DNA of 63,854 nucleotides, filler included, from a bacterium (GTDB lineage Bacteria; JAJRZV01): NCBI GenBank assembly GCA_024275095.1. It is 7 parts of 7 records of this genome, joined end to end, with 100 filler letters (N's around TTAATTAATTAA, not from the genome) between each part and the next. Parts side by side here need not be neighbours in the genome. Positions count along the whole stretch, not along the records: positions 6,662 to 14,907 come from JAJRZV010000053.1; positions 15,008 to 20,914 come from JAJRZV010000055.1; positions 21,015 to 34,608 come from JAJRZV010000057.1; 4 more parts are not named here. One strand, 5' to 3'. Shown here one piece after another: positions 11,401-21,321 of this stretch. Every line of letters begins with the position of its first letter. Positions within the stretch are counted from its first letter, which is position 1. Both the position numbers and the translations under genes were made by a program. The notes under the pieces were generated by a model, which ran no database searches, was not told the DNA's origin, and saw only the letters and a program-made list of their open reading frames with translations.

Positions 11401-11783
11401 GAACCAGGCTCAAGCATGTCCAGTACAATTTCCCCATCTGGTGGAGGCACAGCAGAAAACGCCACACCTGAATAAACCCGGGTACCGGACGAGCTGTATG
11501 CATCAGCACGAAATCTGAAGCCATCACCCGAAGGAAGATACAAAGTAAATTCCTTAGAGACAGGGCTGGAAAACGTGACGGTAGTGACATCAATACCTTC
11601 ACGGTCTACATTTAACGTAAGGGAGGCAATATCGGTGATTTTTTGAGGCGCCTGGGTCATCCTGATGTTCCACTGAACTCTGTGCACATCACGATCCTTA
11701 ATAAGCTCACATCCTGCAAGCACTCCGGCAAGCACAGCAATCCAGATTATTTCAATCCAGTGCCTTCTGTTCATGGGTATCAC
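8493..11783 (-). CDS. Large lipoprotein with NHL/teneurin-like beta-propeller repeats
   Basis: Lipobox LAGC; repeats LYVADSGANQI, ILFVADNTNG, ILFADPDNGVI, TIAGNG, RVAGTG, YSGPAT x2. Confidence 0.8.
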   Translation of the reverse strand: MIPMNRRHWIEIIWIAVLAGVLAGCELIKDRDVHRVQWNIRMTQAPQKITDIASLTLNVDREGIDVTTVTFSSPVSKEFTLYLPSGDGFRFRADAYSSSGTRVYSGVAFSAVPPPDGEIVLDMLEPGSGVFFDTVGEVSESSDIERLEIYDAPEALTFRFVFEHRVRWLSEDVIGVCIILLDLDSNPATGVTAGEVKINNTFLSDTEISDFDGADVAIGVFVSGVSSYGVVYDLVGGKEIGEFIPESLEHDIRFRVWRSDLGYNEGNFRFAGTCAAYELSGHKIAEDRIPDSGDFQRGNVVAPLPGAGWAIAAFVPRRIAGAFGPGPEHARRVPLPNMKGLYVDPSTGFVYIAGGETTGYVKGIDVQAGTAWNVVNVPLSYNPVFDGNSFVPGDGPGFLNFPLAGVNDVIRFSGGRVFVSTVSGVVMMYDPVVGKWGKVYGAFPKELSPYAPGPAPMVLYYDEVSRTLFISDFGLYDIVAVEFSPDFSSSTSTVVAGGADTSSNPLYSGPATAVQLLWLGEIIPLRDASGSLTGIIVSDTWNSIIRKIEFADPVTQIMPLAGSGAYGAPTSGACGTDLTFMSPEGLVAEYDTAGKLVRLYVADSGANQIVVLDGATMCAVDIFGTGNSSIFAGTEGVDVHDISWAPEALAFDPTTRILFVADNTNGKLFGVDLSTYPPSATVFIVAGSAVSDLRSGGDGYSALEAYIDTPSSALELNDVYYVLEGRSWGTMRVVYPEEGTVNSLMGDYSRYYLVAVTDVYYFDEITGVGAVGSNPFNDVITGGIFADILFADPDNGVIRGVDLSSRKVYSVVGSVSGAASPAPGVDASTVYFPNLGPVEIDPGGKRIFFLAGIPSYENPLTGLIFETDSSGTLNHIGGAIGAPVFPDTVTYSGPATGASLVLDLYDYLPVTALKYDERYNVLYFGEFISYSPLGITYTAIKAIDLSTGELFTIAGNGVMSVKAQGNGNSTITAGIKMAQSPLVKNTPLEGEDALASPLGLITDIEIGPDGLLYFVNVEFHLSPCGTYYLTGGSSIWLIDNQGRLKRVAGTGENALRFTGVKAYNAAFPLVTDIYFTGPENLMILESLSGLILQLGP

Positions 11784-12634
11784 CGGTACCTCATTTTAAC
11801 CTTCACACCTTCAAGAGCTTTTTCTGAAGGTACAGGTTCCTGTTCCACAGGTGGAATGTCCTCTTCTGGAAGCATTCCCTCGGTTCGTGTGTTCGAAAGC
11901 GCTTTATCGCTTTCATCAAGCGCGTTTTCCACCTCACTTTCAATTCGAGCTTCACGAATAACATTTTTCAGTATGACTTCTGGATCTACTTTCACAAACT
12001 GCTGTAAAAGCTGCCGCAATTCATCAGCTGGAATCTCCTCAGGAGGTGAGGGTGGCTGCCCCTGTTTTACATAAGTTTTCATGCCTGCCACTATTTTGAG
12101 CGCCTCTGACTCTGCTTCCCGGGCGAGAGACCTTACCTCCACTTCACCCTCGATCACCCATACCCCCGTATCTGTCTCTTGCGCCGAAACAATAAATCGT
12201 GTTCCTCTTACGCCCACCACAGCAGAAGGCGTGAAAATTTTAAGGGACTGCAGCGTCCTGGAAACCCGCGCAAAAAATGAAAAAACTTTACCTTTGATCA
12301 GTTTAAACACAGCTCTTTTTTCCGTATGGGTATCCAGTCTAAACCGTGCTCCTTCGCTCAAACTGATCACAGCACCACCTTTAAGTGCGATACGCACCCG
12401 TCCCTTCTCGCATTTAATCTCATCACCTTCATAAAAGGGCGTTTGTGGCGTCACACGAAGCCACTTCTGAGTACCCGGGCGTTTCACGTACACATCACCC
12501 TCAAGCACAACCACCGCACCCACTTCACGAGGTGTACTTTTTTCCTCGGCTGCATACCCGAGAGGCAGAGCCGTCACCAGAACAGCCGTAAAAAAGGCTA
12601 CAATGAACTTTACGTTAAAAATATGCAAATCCAA
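11780..12634 (-). CDS. FecR-domain periplasmic protein
   Basis: Signal peptide; EGDEIK, LIKGKV, TPSAVVGVRGTRF, VIEGEVEV. Confidence 0.88.
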   Translation of the reverse strand: MDLHIFNVKFIVAFFTAVLVTALPLGYAAEEKSTPREVGAVVVLEGDVYVKRPGTQKWLRVTPQTPFYEGDEIKCEKGRVRIALKGGAVISLSEGARFRLDTHTEKRAVFKLIKGKVFSFFARVSRTLQSLKIFTPSAVVGVRGTRFIVSAQETDTGVWVIEGEVEVRSLAREAESEALKIVAGMKTYVKQGQPPSPPEEIPADELRQLLQQFVKVDPEVILKNVIREARIESEVENALDESDKALSNTRTEGMLPEEDIPPVEQEPVPSEKALEGVKVKMRYR

Positions 12635-14039
12635 CCTCTGCGCCCGCCAGATAGCGGATATAATCGTAAAGACTTACGTTGGAATCGGAACGCCGAAGGG
12701 TAAAAGTACCTGCAACGTGTAGCCACGGTTTCAGATGGTATTTAACCTTGAAATCCATTCCGTACTCAAGGTCCAGGCGACTATCACCTACGCCCAGGAA
12801 AATGCTGTCTTTCAAGAAAAACCTGACCTCTCCCACCACTCCCGTAACCAGGTCAAGCCGCTTATTGAAAAAAGAACCAGAAAATTCCAGTGCAAGCCTG
12901 TCTGCGGTGTAACTCCATTGATCCTGCTCTGCCGCATTGGAAGTCAAACTATTCAAAACACTCAACTTAACGAGTTCGTTCAGGAAGCGCAGTTCCCCAC
13001 CAACCTCGAGAAAATATTGTGTCGCATCCCTGTCGAGACTCGGCAGGGGTACATCCTCATAAAATGCGGTGCGTTTCATCCCTGCGCCGAGAATATAACC
13101 CCAGTGTGGAAACAGTACCCGTACACGTCCCTGAATATAACCGCCTTCTGAATAATGGTTGAGAGACATCTCATAAAAAGAAGAAAAATAACCTCCCCAC
13201 ACATGCACGTGGGTATCTTTTATTACCGATTTTACATGCAGAGACACATCGTGTACCTGGAAGTTATATTTATCAGCTTTTGTGTGAACATTTTGATAAA
13301 GGCGATATGTAAAGGTGGGCATGAACACTCTCCATCTGTCCGAGTACACCCGCCCTGAAGCCGCGAGATAACCCATCGCGTCTTTTATTCGTTTTTCAGA
13401 GCCTGTGGAATCACCTGGAGAAAGCCCGGGATTAAAGTCAAACATCACTCCAGAACGTCCCGCAACCACCCAACCAAACCATTTTTGTTCTCTTTTTTTC
13501 ACCATTTTCAAAATGCGGGAACCCGAAGACCGCAACTTTTTATTGGGCGCACGTGAGAGTTCGGCAGCAACCCTTCTCAACTCGTCCAGCATGTTCAAAC
13601 GCTCATAAATTATTGAGGCAATAAGAAGAGCGCGGTGATAATTAGGCCCTTTTCTCTCCAGTGCATTCTCAATCCACGTGCGCGCTTCTGAATAATCACC
13701 TGCTTTAAAATACGCGAGGGCCATTAAACTCTGGGCGAGGTCTTTTGAATGGTCTGTATTGTAAGCGCTGATAAACGCTGAAACAGCCTTTGGATAATCT
13801 CCCTTCCGATTGAAACACATCCCCACCTTCACCAGTGCCGCGTACCGAGCTTCCGGCTCGGTAATACCTGAAGCATATTTCAAAGACTCATCGCAGTACC
13901 CCCTGTTAGCAGCAGCCGCGGCAAAATCCATTTCTCCCGTTGTCACAGCAGCTCCCGCAATAACAGAGACACCGACGACCGCACTTATTACTACCAGGAT
14001 AAAAAGCTCTTTCTTAGCATTCATCATTGGTGACACCAT
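12615..14039 (-). CDS. TPR + C-terminal outer-membrane beta-barrel protein (Slam/DUF560-like)
   Basis: Signal peptide, TPR-like helices, alternating beta-strand pattern, DSNVSLYDY near the C-terminus, terminal Phe. Confidence 0.7.
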   Translation of the reverse strand: MVSPMMNAKKELFILVVISAVVGVSVIAGAAVTTGEMDFAAAAANRGYCDESLKYASGITEPEARYAALVKVGMCFNRKGDYPKAVSAFISAYNTDHSKDLAQSLMALAYFKAGDYSEARTWIENALERKGPNYHRALLIASIIYERLNMLDELRRVAAELSRAPNKKLRSSGSRILKMVKKREQKWFGWVVAGRSGVMFDFNPGLSPGDSTGSEKRIKDAMGYLAASGRVYSDRWRVFMPTFTYRLYQNVHTKADKYNFQVHDVSLHVKSVIKDTHVHVWGGYFSSFYEMSLNHYSEGGYIQGRVRVLFPHWGYILGAGMKRTAFYEDVPLPSLDRDATQYFLEVGGELRFLNELVKLSVLNSLTSNAAEQDQWSYTADRLALEFSGSFFNKRLDLVTGVVGEVRFFLKDSIFLGVGDSRLDLEYGMDFKVKYHLKPWLHVAGTFTLRRSDSNVSLYDYIRYLAGAEVGFAYF

Positions 14040-14102
14040 ACCATTAAAACTTCCTCTTTATCTGTGACAATCATCACGTTTTTCTATAATTTTTACACCA
14101 CT

Positions 14103-14130
14103 ATCTTACTATCAGAGCAAAAAGCGTCAA
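14103..14130 (-). promoter_or_regulatory. Putative sigma70 promoter of the TPR-barrel/FecR operon
   Basis: TTGACG-16 nt-TAAGAT. Confidence 0.5.
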
Positions 14131-14190
14131 GGGAATTCGGAAGTGCTTATTAATTTAAGAAAAAACTCTACTGTGTTATGATGTATTTTC

Positions 14191-14907
14191 ATGTCCCGAA
14201 TTGAAAGAATTGAACTTTATCACGTATCCGTCCCTTTACCTGCACCGTTTTATCCATCCTGGATTCCGGGATATCCACAACGGGAAAATCGTTTAACCCT
14301 CATCAGGCTTTTGACCTCGGATGGGATCGAAGGAATAAGCGCGGGGCCGGCATTCAGCAGGGAACGAGAAGGTATAGGAAGCGTGTTGGGTCCCTACCTT
14401 CTCGGGATAAGAAGTAATGACTTAGAAACAGTGCGTCAGCGGCTGCGGGAATTATCGTATCTCGGACTGAGAAATCCATGGATAGAACCGGCTTTCTGGG
14501 ACATCCTGGCAAAAGAAAAAGGACTGCCTCTTTACAGAGTGCTCAATCCTTAATGTGGTGTAATAGAGAGTGCCCGCGTATATGCGTCAACCGGAGAGTT
14601 GCGAACAGCATCAGAACGAGATTCATATCTGCAGCAGGTTGCGGATATGGGTATTGATACGGTAAAACTCCGCGTCCATTTCCCCAGCCTTCGGGAAGAT
14701 ATTTCCATGGTAAACGAAATGGTTCAACGATACGGGAGTACTTTCCACTTCGGTGTCGACGCCAATCAGGGGTGGCCAGTCTCAATTATTAAAAAAAGTC
14801 CGACCTGGGACTTGAACCGTGCAGTGGAATTTGCAAAAGCATGTGGTGAGATGAATATCCAGTGGTTGGAAGAACCTTTGGATATGAACGATTACCAGGC
14901 TCTTTCA
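14191..14907 (+). CDS. Mandelate racemase/muconate lactonizing enzyme family; in-frame TAA at 14551-14553; cut by gap
   Basis: AFWDILAKEKGLPLYRVL, then the same frame continues VYASTGE..VKLR..GVDANQGW..WLEEPL. Confidence 0.85.
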
Positions 14908-15007
14908 NNNNNNNNNNNNNNNNNNNNNNNNNNNNNNNNNNNNNNNNNNNNTTAATTAATTAANNNNNNNNNNNNNNNNNNNNNNNNNNNNNNNNNNNNN
15001 NNNNNNN
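14908..15007. other. Artificial contig linker
   Basis: N-run + TTAATTAATTAA + N-run. Confidence 0.99.
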
Positions 15008-15053
15008 ATATCAGTTTAAAAGGTCCACCCTCCTTATTAACAATTTAATAAAC

Positions 15054-16370
15054 CTACTTGCCATAATTAAGAAAATTACTCGATGTAAACATAGAAGCAT
15101 CAATGTCCAGATTGAAAATGGTGGGATTCACCTTTGGATCTACACGGCTGGAGACAGAAGCACGGTTGCGCTTTTCATCTACCACAAAAGATATTTCCGC
15201 GGCTGAAGCCGAAAGTTCTCCATCAGGAGATATGTAGTAACTCTGATTCATTACCTGCGTACGCCAGAAATCACCAGCACGATCCCAGCCCAGTTTAATG
15301 TGAATACGATATGTTTCTTTATCTATAATAAGTATCTGGCGACCAATGCTGTAATACGGATCCTTGGATTTACCCTCAACGAGATATACCGGGCGTTTGA
15401 CCCAAACCCAATTTAAAGGCCACCATGCCGCTTTTTTCTGAGCGGGATGTTCGTAACCCCACTTGACCTGATACCGGGGTTGCATAAACGCCTTTTTTCC
15501 GTATTTTGGAGCAGGAATTCCCTTCCTTGGAAAAGTAACGACTGTTCCCTCAGGTTCATCCGGCAGAAAGGGCACAAGCATTTCCGTTTCTCCTATGAGT
15601 TTCCACTTGAAAAACTCAATCTTCCCTGAATAGCCGTTTACATCGTCAAGAATGTAATCCGTCGGACCTACAGGGTCAGACCTGTTTGCGGATGTTGTTC
15701 GCCTGACTCTTCTTATAGAGGGCACGTATGTCCACGTGGTATCCCACTTGCGCGGTGACTGCCAGCGCCACGTCAGCACTACCGTGCCGAAAAGGTCAGC
15801 AGGAGCGAGGTAGATGGCGTTTTCCATATACGAGACACCGGATTTCACGCCCCTGATCTTTTTCGTGTTGAAATCTATGTTGAACCGGGCCACCTTGCCC
15901 ACAACCTCCACCTCTACAGAATGGCCCTTGAGTGTTCTGAGCACCCACATGGCTTCCTGTGTATTTGTTTGAAGTTCGGTGGCATAGAAATTCCACATGA
16001 TCTTGGTACCGGCCTGGGGGTCAGAAGCCTCGACAGCAGGAAAAGGCAAACCATATGGGAGGGTTATGCGTTTGCCAGTACGGGCTTCTACTATTCCCCC
16101 GTCTTTGTCAACTTTAAAACGACCTTTATTTTTAGAGGAAGCAGCGTAAAAACCAGGAGCATACACCTGTGACATGTCACCCTTTATTTCCCCAACGGTA
16201 ATTTCGTAATCCCCTGTCGCCACACGTTTGGCGACTGACTCCGGAAGTAGATCCTTGTAAGCGTCAATGTTGCTTTTATTAATTTTCATCCCGGGAGACA
16301 GCTCTGCTGCGTGGCTGAAGGCCGGGATGAGCATCACAACTACTGCTTTTATTATCCATTTCCATCTCAT
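15054..16370 (-). CDS. DUF1329 family periplasmic protein (LolA-like outer-membrane sorting fold)
   Basis: Signal peptide; GLPFP, KIMWN, WTYVPSIRRVRR, RSDP, WKLIGE, YSIGRQILIIDKE. Confidence 0.85.
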   Translation of the reverse strand: MRWKWIIKAVVVMLIPAFSHAAELSPGMKINKSNIDAYKDLLPESVAKRVATGDYEITVGEIKGDMSQVYAPGFYAASSKNKGRFKVDKDGGIVEARTGKRITLPYGLPFPAVEASDPQAGTKIMWNFYATELQTNTQEAMWVLRTLKGHSVEVEVVGKVARFNIDFNTKKIRGVKSGVSYMENAIYLAPADLFGTVVLTWRWQSPRKWDTTWTYVPSIRRVRRTTSANRSDPVGPTDYILDDVNGYSGKIEFFKWKLIGETEMLVPFLPDEPEGTVVTFPRKGIPAPKYGKKAFMQPRYQVKWGYEHPAQKKAAWWPLNWVWVKRPVYLVEGKSKDPYYSIGRQILIIDKETYRIHIKLGWDRAGDFWRTQVMNQSYYISPDGELSASAAEISFVVDEKRNRASVSSRVDPKVNPTIFNLDIDASMFTSSNFLNYGK

Positions 16371-16404
16371 ATCATCACCTCCTTAAATTTTTATTACTGA
16401 TACT

Positions 16405-19374
16405 TTACTGTGCCGACTCAGGCTCAAAAATGATCACATACGCAGCTGCTGCTTTGACTTCGTCCAGTTTGAACGGGAACTGCTTGTATCCATTGGCCCA
16501 CCAGTATTTTCTGAGCTGGTTGTCGTAATATTTGCTGCTGGGAATGGCCACATCACCACCGGGGATTGTGGTGTAAGCCACGGGGCCATCTGCCGTCATT
16601 TCTACAATCATTCTGTAAGAAGGTCCTGAACTGTAAGAATAATCACCCTGGCTCTCAGACGTCATCAGATCAAAACCCGGATCTGATGCATCAACCACGA
16701 ACTGACCGCCGTGCCTCGGAAAACCACTGAGTCCAAGAGCATTTATTACTGGATCAAATGGGGACGGGATGTTAAACATCTCAGCTGAATCCTCGGGATA
16801 CGTCTTGGAAGGATCGTCGCCAAGATGACGTACTGTAAGAGTATGGAGCTTGCCCCAGAGCCAATCATCCACGTTGGGACCCAGTTTTTCCGTGAGTCCG
16901 CTGATTGCTTCAACAAAAGCTTTCAAAGCAATGTCATCCCTTGTCTCAACGGTGGTCGAAGTATTCCAGTCGTCCCAGAACACGCTTTCTCCCGTACGTG
17001 CATCACCAGTGTACTGGCATGGTTCACCAGGCTGGAGGTCAGGAGATGCACAGTTTTTGCGTTTGACGATGTTGTAAATGGCACGGGCATATGCCTGTGG
17101 GTGAATTGTTATAGTATTACCGTTTTCGTCCTTTCCGAGCTGGTCATCAAACGTAAAATGTACAAAATTGGACATCCATGCATGAAACACGGCTGCAGCA
17201 ACAGAACTATGAACAGTTGAAGGATCTGATGCAGGAACAAGCGAACCTGTCTCAGGATCGTACACATACCCTGAAGGACTTGTACATGAAGAGGCCCATT
17301 CTTCAATATATCCCAGAGCAGTCAGGGCACTCTCGCTGAGAGTATTTCGATTCTTTTCGGCTGCAGATGTCAGCACATTTACAAAGTCTTCACACAGACC
17401 GAGGTAATCGTCTGCCTGAATGCTCATCATATCATCCACGGTCAGTTTCCTGCCGGAGTTAATCACATCCTCCAGGCGCTGGGTAATGCGGTCTGCACGA
17501 TAGCCAATATCGTAGAAGTATCCGTGATAATATCCATCTACGGTATTGTAGGTCATGGAAAGAGGAAGGTTGTTGGCTGTGACGATGTATCCCTTCTCAG
17601 GGTTTTCAAGCTGGGGTAACTCTTCAGAAGGCCAGTAGCCCTGCCATTCACAGTATCCCACGCCGGGCTGGGGCAAATACAGTGGATTGGGCTGGCCTCC
17701 GAGTTCAGGATTGGTACATTTCGATGGATAGCGTATCGGAATATTTGCATATGGGAACCACCCGATGTTTCCGTCTCTGTCTATGACATTGTGATTCTGT
17801 GCGCCTACTTTGAACTTTTGCAGTGCGTTTTTCGCATCGTCAATACCCTGGGCAGCGAGCAACCCCTTGAAGGCACCCAGCTCATCAGAAGCTTCAAATC
17901 CTGTCCAGCGAACAGTAACGAGATACTCAGGGTCACCATTATCATCCGTAAGCATTCCGACGACCGGGCCATGTCCATCAACAACGTAGTAGGTTACAGG
18001 GAGTATGCATACATCCTGGCCCATACTTTCACTCAGGTCCTGGGGTGTACCAGCATCCACCATCATGTCTTTGAGCTCATCAATAATATCCTGTGATATT
18101 CCACAGGGGTCCTCTGCATCCGAGTCCCGTTGATAAAGAATAAGCTCCACCGCCGAGTCGAGAGGCTTCTGCCCACCCTGTGAAAGCACCACCCAGTCTT
18201 TCATGGCACCGGCAGACGAGACAATTGGTTCCAGATAAAAATCCGTCACATCATAACCGGTTGTCGTTTCTCCCCAGGCCACGTAATCGGTAAATCCAAT
18301 CACTATCCCGGGAGACATGGGAAACATGACACCTGCGGCGTTAAGGGTCCCTCCCATGGCCTTGGTGTTGATGTGCACTTCATGAAACACGGGAGGCTGC
18401 TGAAGCGAAAGATGAGGGTCATTGGCGAGAATGGGATTGCCTGAGCTGGTCAGCTCGCCCCTCACACTCCAGTTGTTGGATGTGGGCTGTAAGCCTGTAA
18501 TCCTGCGAAGAAGCTTCATGTAACCCTTAAAAGATTGAATTGCTCCTTTTGCAGCAAGAGGTGGAGTCACGGCGGATGTCACAGCTCCAACTGCTCCGCC
18601 GGAACCAGGCTGATCGATTACGGCTCCACGAACTGGATATACGCTGAAAATATCCTGGAGCCACCCGAGGGCCGTGGTCTGTGCTGAGGTGACATCCGAG
18701 GCATAACCCCGCGCGAGAAGTTGCCCTGTAATGTTTTCCCAGATATTCATAAATTCCAGACCAAAGGTGCCTTCATCATCAAAGCTCAGCAGAAATGTCA
18801 TGAGTCTGGCAAAAGCAAGTGAATCTATTGCTGACCATCCAGGTTCTCCGTCCGTCCCCAGTATTCCTTCGTAAATGGTGGCGGGATTCGTTATGCCCTG
18901 CGCGACGAATTCCAGAGGCATATCCTCGATACTCATGCTTTGCAGGTAAGCGTTTACACCCTCTGCGTAGCGATCGAGAAATTCTTTCTCGGTATCATCC
19001 AGAAGAGTTTTGTATACCTCCACAGCCACATTGAAAAAGCCCATCATGCGTGCCTGCACGTCGGTAGGAATATAACTCTGGCCAACAATGATAGAAAGCT
19101 GGCCTGTTGCAGCTCCGCGTTGAATGATCATCTGAAAAAGCCTGTCATGGGCATGAATGTATCCCTGCACAAAAGCCACATCACCCTCGTTCGCTCCATA
19201 AATATGAGGCACTCCGTAAATATCTCTGACAACTTCCACGCTGGAGATAAGCCCTGTCAACTTCACGACTTCATTAGCAGCCAGTCCTGTTGCCGGACCT
19301 GTACCTGCACTTTTTTTACTACACCCTGCGGCGAGTAACACCGCTGCCGCAAAAATGGTAAACCACTTTTTCAT
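16405..19374 (-). CDS. Penicillin acylase family Ntn-hydrolase, lipoprotein
   Basis: Lipobox AAGC; RDIYGVPHIY, QGYIHAHDRLFQM, catalytic SNNW, ILANDPHL, WGKLH, GPSYRMIV; ATG 19374 behind AGGAGGT. Confidence 0.92.
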   Translation of the reverse strand: MKKWFTIFAAAVLLAAGCSKKSAGTGPATGLAANEVVKLTGLISSVEVVRDIYGVPHIYGANEGDVAFVQGYIHAHDRLFQMIIQRGAATGQLSIIVGQSYIPTDVQARMMGFFNVAVEVYKTLLDDTEKEFLDRYAEGVNAYLQSMSIEDMPLEFVAQGITNPATIYEGILGTDGEPGWSAIDSLAFARLMTFLLSFDDEGTFGLEFMNIWENITGQLLARGYASDVTSAQTTALGWLQDIFSVYPVRGAVIDQPGSGGAVGAVTSAVTPPLAAKGAIQSFKGYMKLLRRITGLQPTSNNWSVRGELTSSGNPILANDPHLSLQQPPVFHEVHINTKAMGGTLNAAGVMFPMSPGIVIGFTDYVAWGETTTGYDVTDFYLEPIVSSAGAMKDWVVLSQGGQKPLDSAVELILYQRDSDAEDPCGISQDIIDELKDMMVDAGTPQDLSESMGQDVCILPVTYYVVDGHGPVVGMLTDDNGDPEYLVTVRWTGFEASDELGAFKGLLAAQGIDDAKNALQKFKVGAQNHNVIDRDGNIGWFPYANIPIRYPSKCTNPELGGQPNPLYLPQPGVGYCEWQGYWPSEELPQLENPEKGYIVTANNLPLSMTYNTVDGYYHGYFYDIGYRADRITQRLEDVINSGRKLTVDDMMSIQADDYLGLCEDFVNVLTSAAEKNRNTLSESALTALGYIEEWASSCTSPSGYVYDPETGSLVPASDPSTVHSSVAAAVFHAWMSNFVHFTFDDQLGKDENGNTITIHPQAYARAIYNIVKRKNCASPDLQPGEPCQYTGDARTGESVFWDDWNTSTTVETRDDIALKAFVEAISGLTEKLGPNVDDWLWGKLHTLTVRHLGDDPSKTYPEDSAEMFNIPSPFDPVINALGLSGFPRHGGQFVVDASDPGFDLMTSESQGDYSYSSGPSYRMIVEMTADGPVAYTTIPGGDVAIPSSKYYDNQLRKYWWANGYKQFPFKLDEVKAAAAYVIIFEPESAQ

Positions 19375-19435
19375 GGCTGGCACCTCCTGATTAATTTTTG
19401 GACACTCCTTCATATCACGCTTCTTTCGTCGCTGG

Positions 19436-20914
19436 TTACAACATATATTCCAGCTTCAACATGATGTTGTCCCTGTCTCTGAAAAATCCAATTCCAGCAT
19501 AATCACCGCCCAGGTAACTGTACTGTAAAAGTACCCTGAAGGGCTCCTTGTAATACTGAAGAGATGGCTGGATAAGATATGAAAAACTATCAAAGTCGCC
19601 GAATTCCAGCGCTCCGGCAATCTGGGGTGAAAGATATCCGCGTTTGAGTGGATAGCCGGTCTTGATAAGAAACGTGGCTTTGTAATTATTGGCTTTCATT
19701 TCTGTAAAAAATGGTCTTGAAACCGTTACTGAATCACCACCGGGTATGGGTATACGTGCCACGAGAGCATCATACTGTACTGTATAAGCAGCCCCTTTCC
19801 TGAGGTTGCGCCAGTTCTCGCCAAAGAACTGAATCGAGATGAAAAACGTCTGGCGTGGATTGAGAAAACGAATCCATATGTTGTGATCCAGTCCCACCGA
19901 CCACCGGATGACATCTGAACGTGGAAGGGTTCCATATTGCCCTTTCGCAATAATATTCGACTGTTGCAGAGCCATGTTTAACCACGCAGCGTAGTCATTG
20001 GCTCTGCCCGGATCCAGTTCAAGTGCAGGTCCGAGAATGGGCATATTCACCTCGGGAATGAAATAGGGATGGTCCCAGAAATACGCCATTTCTGCTCTGA
20101 ATATGGTATAGGGAGAGAAAGGCAGCGGGCCCGAGAGCGTAGCACCTGTCACCATGATTCTCGGGTACACCAGTTCAATCTCAGGTATACCTGCAGGGTA
20201 AGCTTGCTGAAACGCCTGTTGAGCCGAGGGAACAGCCGAGAGTTGCTGAGCAGTGGAAGTATTGAATCTGAGACGCGGAGTGGGTAATTCAGGATATGTC
20301 CAGTAATTGGCAATACTCATTGTAATATCCAGAAAATTTAAAAGCAGCCTCGTACCACCACGTGCATCTTTCCAGTCCTTCTTCTCTTCCAGCACAAAGC
20401 TCAGGGGTGTTGGCGGGCCTGTAACAATGGACCACGGTCCATCAGGCGGAATAGTGGGTCCTTTCGTAAGTGCGGGAGAAGGTTCTATAAATCCTTCCAG
20501 TGAAATGTTATAAACAGGGCCAAAAGAACCCAGATCCAGCAAACCTTTAATCATAAAGGAAGGGACACGTCTTTCATCCAGCGCGATGAGAAATCCTCCA
20601 AATGTCTGGTCCAGTGGATTGATGTTATCGAGAATACGAAAGAGATCTGTTTCGCCCCACGAAATGTTCTGTTTTCCTATGCGCATGTTCAAACGACCGA
20701 AAAGGCGGAAGTCACCGTACGCCTCAAACAATCTTTTGCGAAGCCTGAGAGCATCTCGTGTTTCTTCACTGATACGAGTCCGGTAGAGATCTGGACCGTA
20801 ATCATAAATACCGTCATACTCAACACGCACTCCCATGAAAAATTTGATGTGGTCCAGCGTGAGCTTTTCCTTGAGAAACTCAAGCGCTGGAGTGATGCGC
20901 TCTCGCCTGGAAAG
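19436..20914 (-). CDS. DUF1302-like outer-membrane beta-barrel protein (5' end cut by gap)
   Basis: RIGKQNISWGETDLFRILDNINPLD; C-terminal GFFRDRDNIMLKLEY; frame open to the gap. Confidence 0.75.
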   Translation of the reverse strand, partial: LSRRERITPALEFLKEKLTLDHIKFFMGVRVEYDGIYDYGPDLYRTRISEETRDALRLRKRLFEAYGDFRLFGRLNMRIGKQNISWGETDLFRILDNINPLDQTFGGFLIALDERRVPSFMIKGLLDLGSFGPVYNISLEGFIEPSPALTKGPTIPPDGPWSIVTGPPTPLSFVLEEKKDWKDARGGTRLLLNFLDITMSIANYWTYPELPTPRLRFNTSTAQQLSAVPSAQQAFQQAYPAGIPEIELVYPRIMVTGATLSGPLPFSPYTIFRAEMAYFWDHPYFIPEVNMPILGPALELDPGRANDYAAWLNMALQQSNIIAKGQYGTLPRSDVIRWSVGLDHNIWIRFLNPRQTFFISIQFFGENWRNLRKGAAYTVQYDALVARIPIPGGDSVTVSRPFFTEMKANNYKATFLIKTGYPLKRGYLSPQIAGALEFGDFDSFSYLIQPSLQYYKEPFRVLLQYSYLGGDYAGIGFFRDRDNIMLKLEYML

Positions 20915-21014
20915 NNNNNNNNNNNNNNNNNNNNNNNNNNNNNNNNNNNNNNNNNNNNTTAATTAATTAANNNNNNNNNNNNNNNNNNNNNNNNNNNNNN
21001 NNNNNNNNNNNNNN
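20915..21014. other. Artificial contig linker
   Basis: N-run + TTAATTAATTAA + N-run. Confidence 0.99.
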
Positions 21015-21321
21015 AGGGAATCTGATCAAGAAGATTTTTAAATATAAAAAATTCAATTGAAATGCCGCGTGCAACCATAATAAAATAAGAAAAAACAAAA
21101 AGTGTTGCAAACGACTGCATTTGATTTATATGTATAGACAAAACATAAACTCAGAACATAGTGATATAAATTAATAGAGAAAACATAAATGCTCAACAAA
21201 CAAAAAATAAAGAAAACCGTAAATAATAAAACAAAAAGCCAAAAAAACAGCTGCTGTGGGCAGTCAATAATTTTGTCAAAAACACAAGAATGGCCATTCA
21301 AATTACCAGGGGTGCTTCCTG

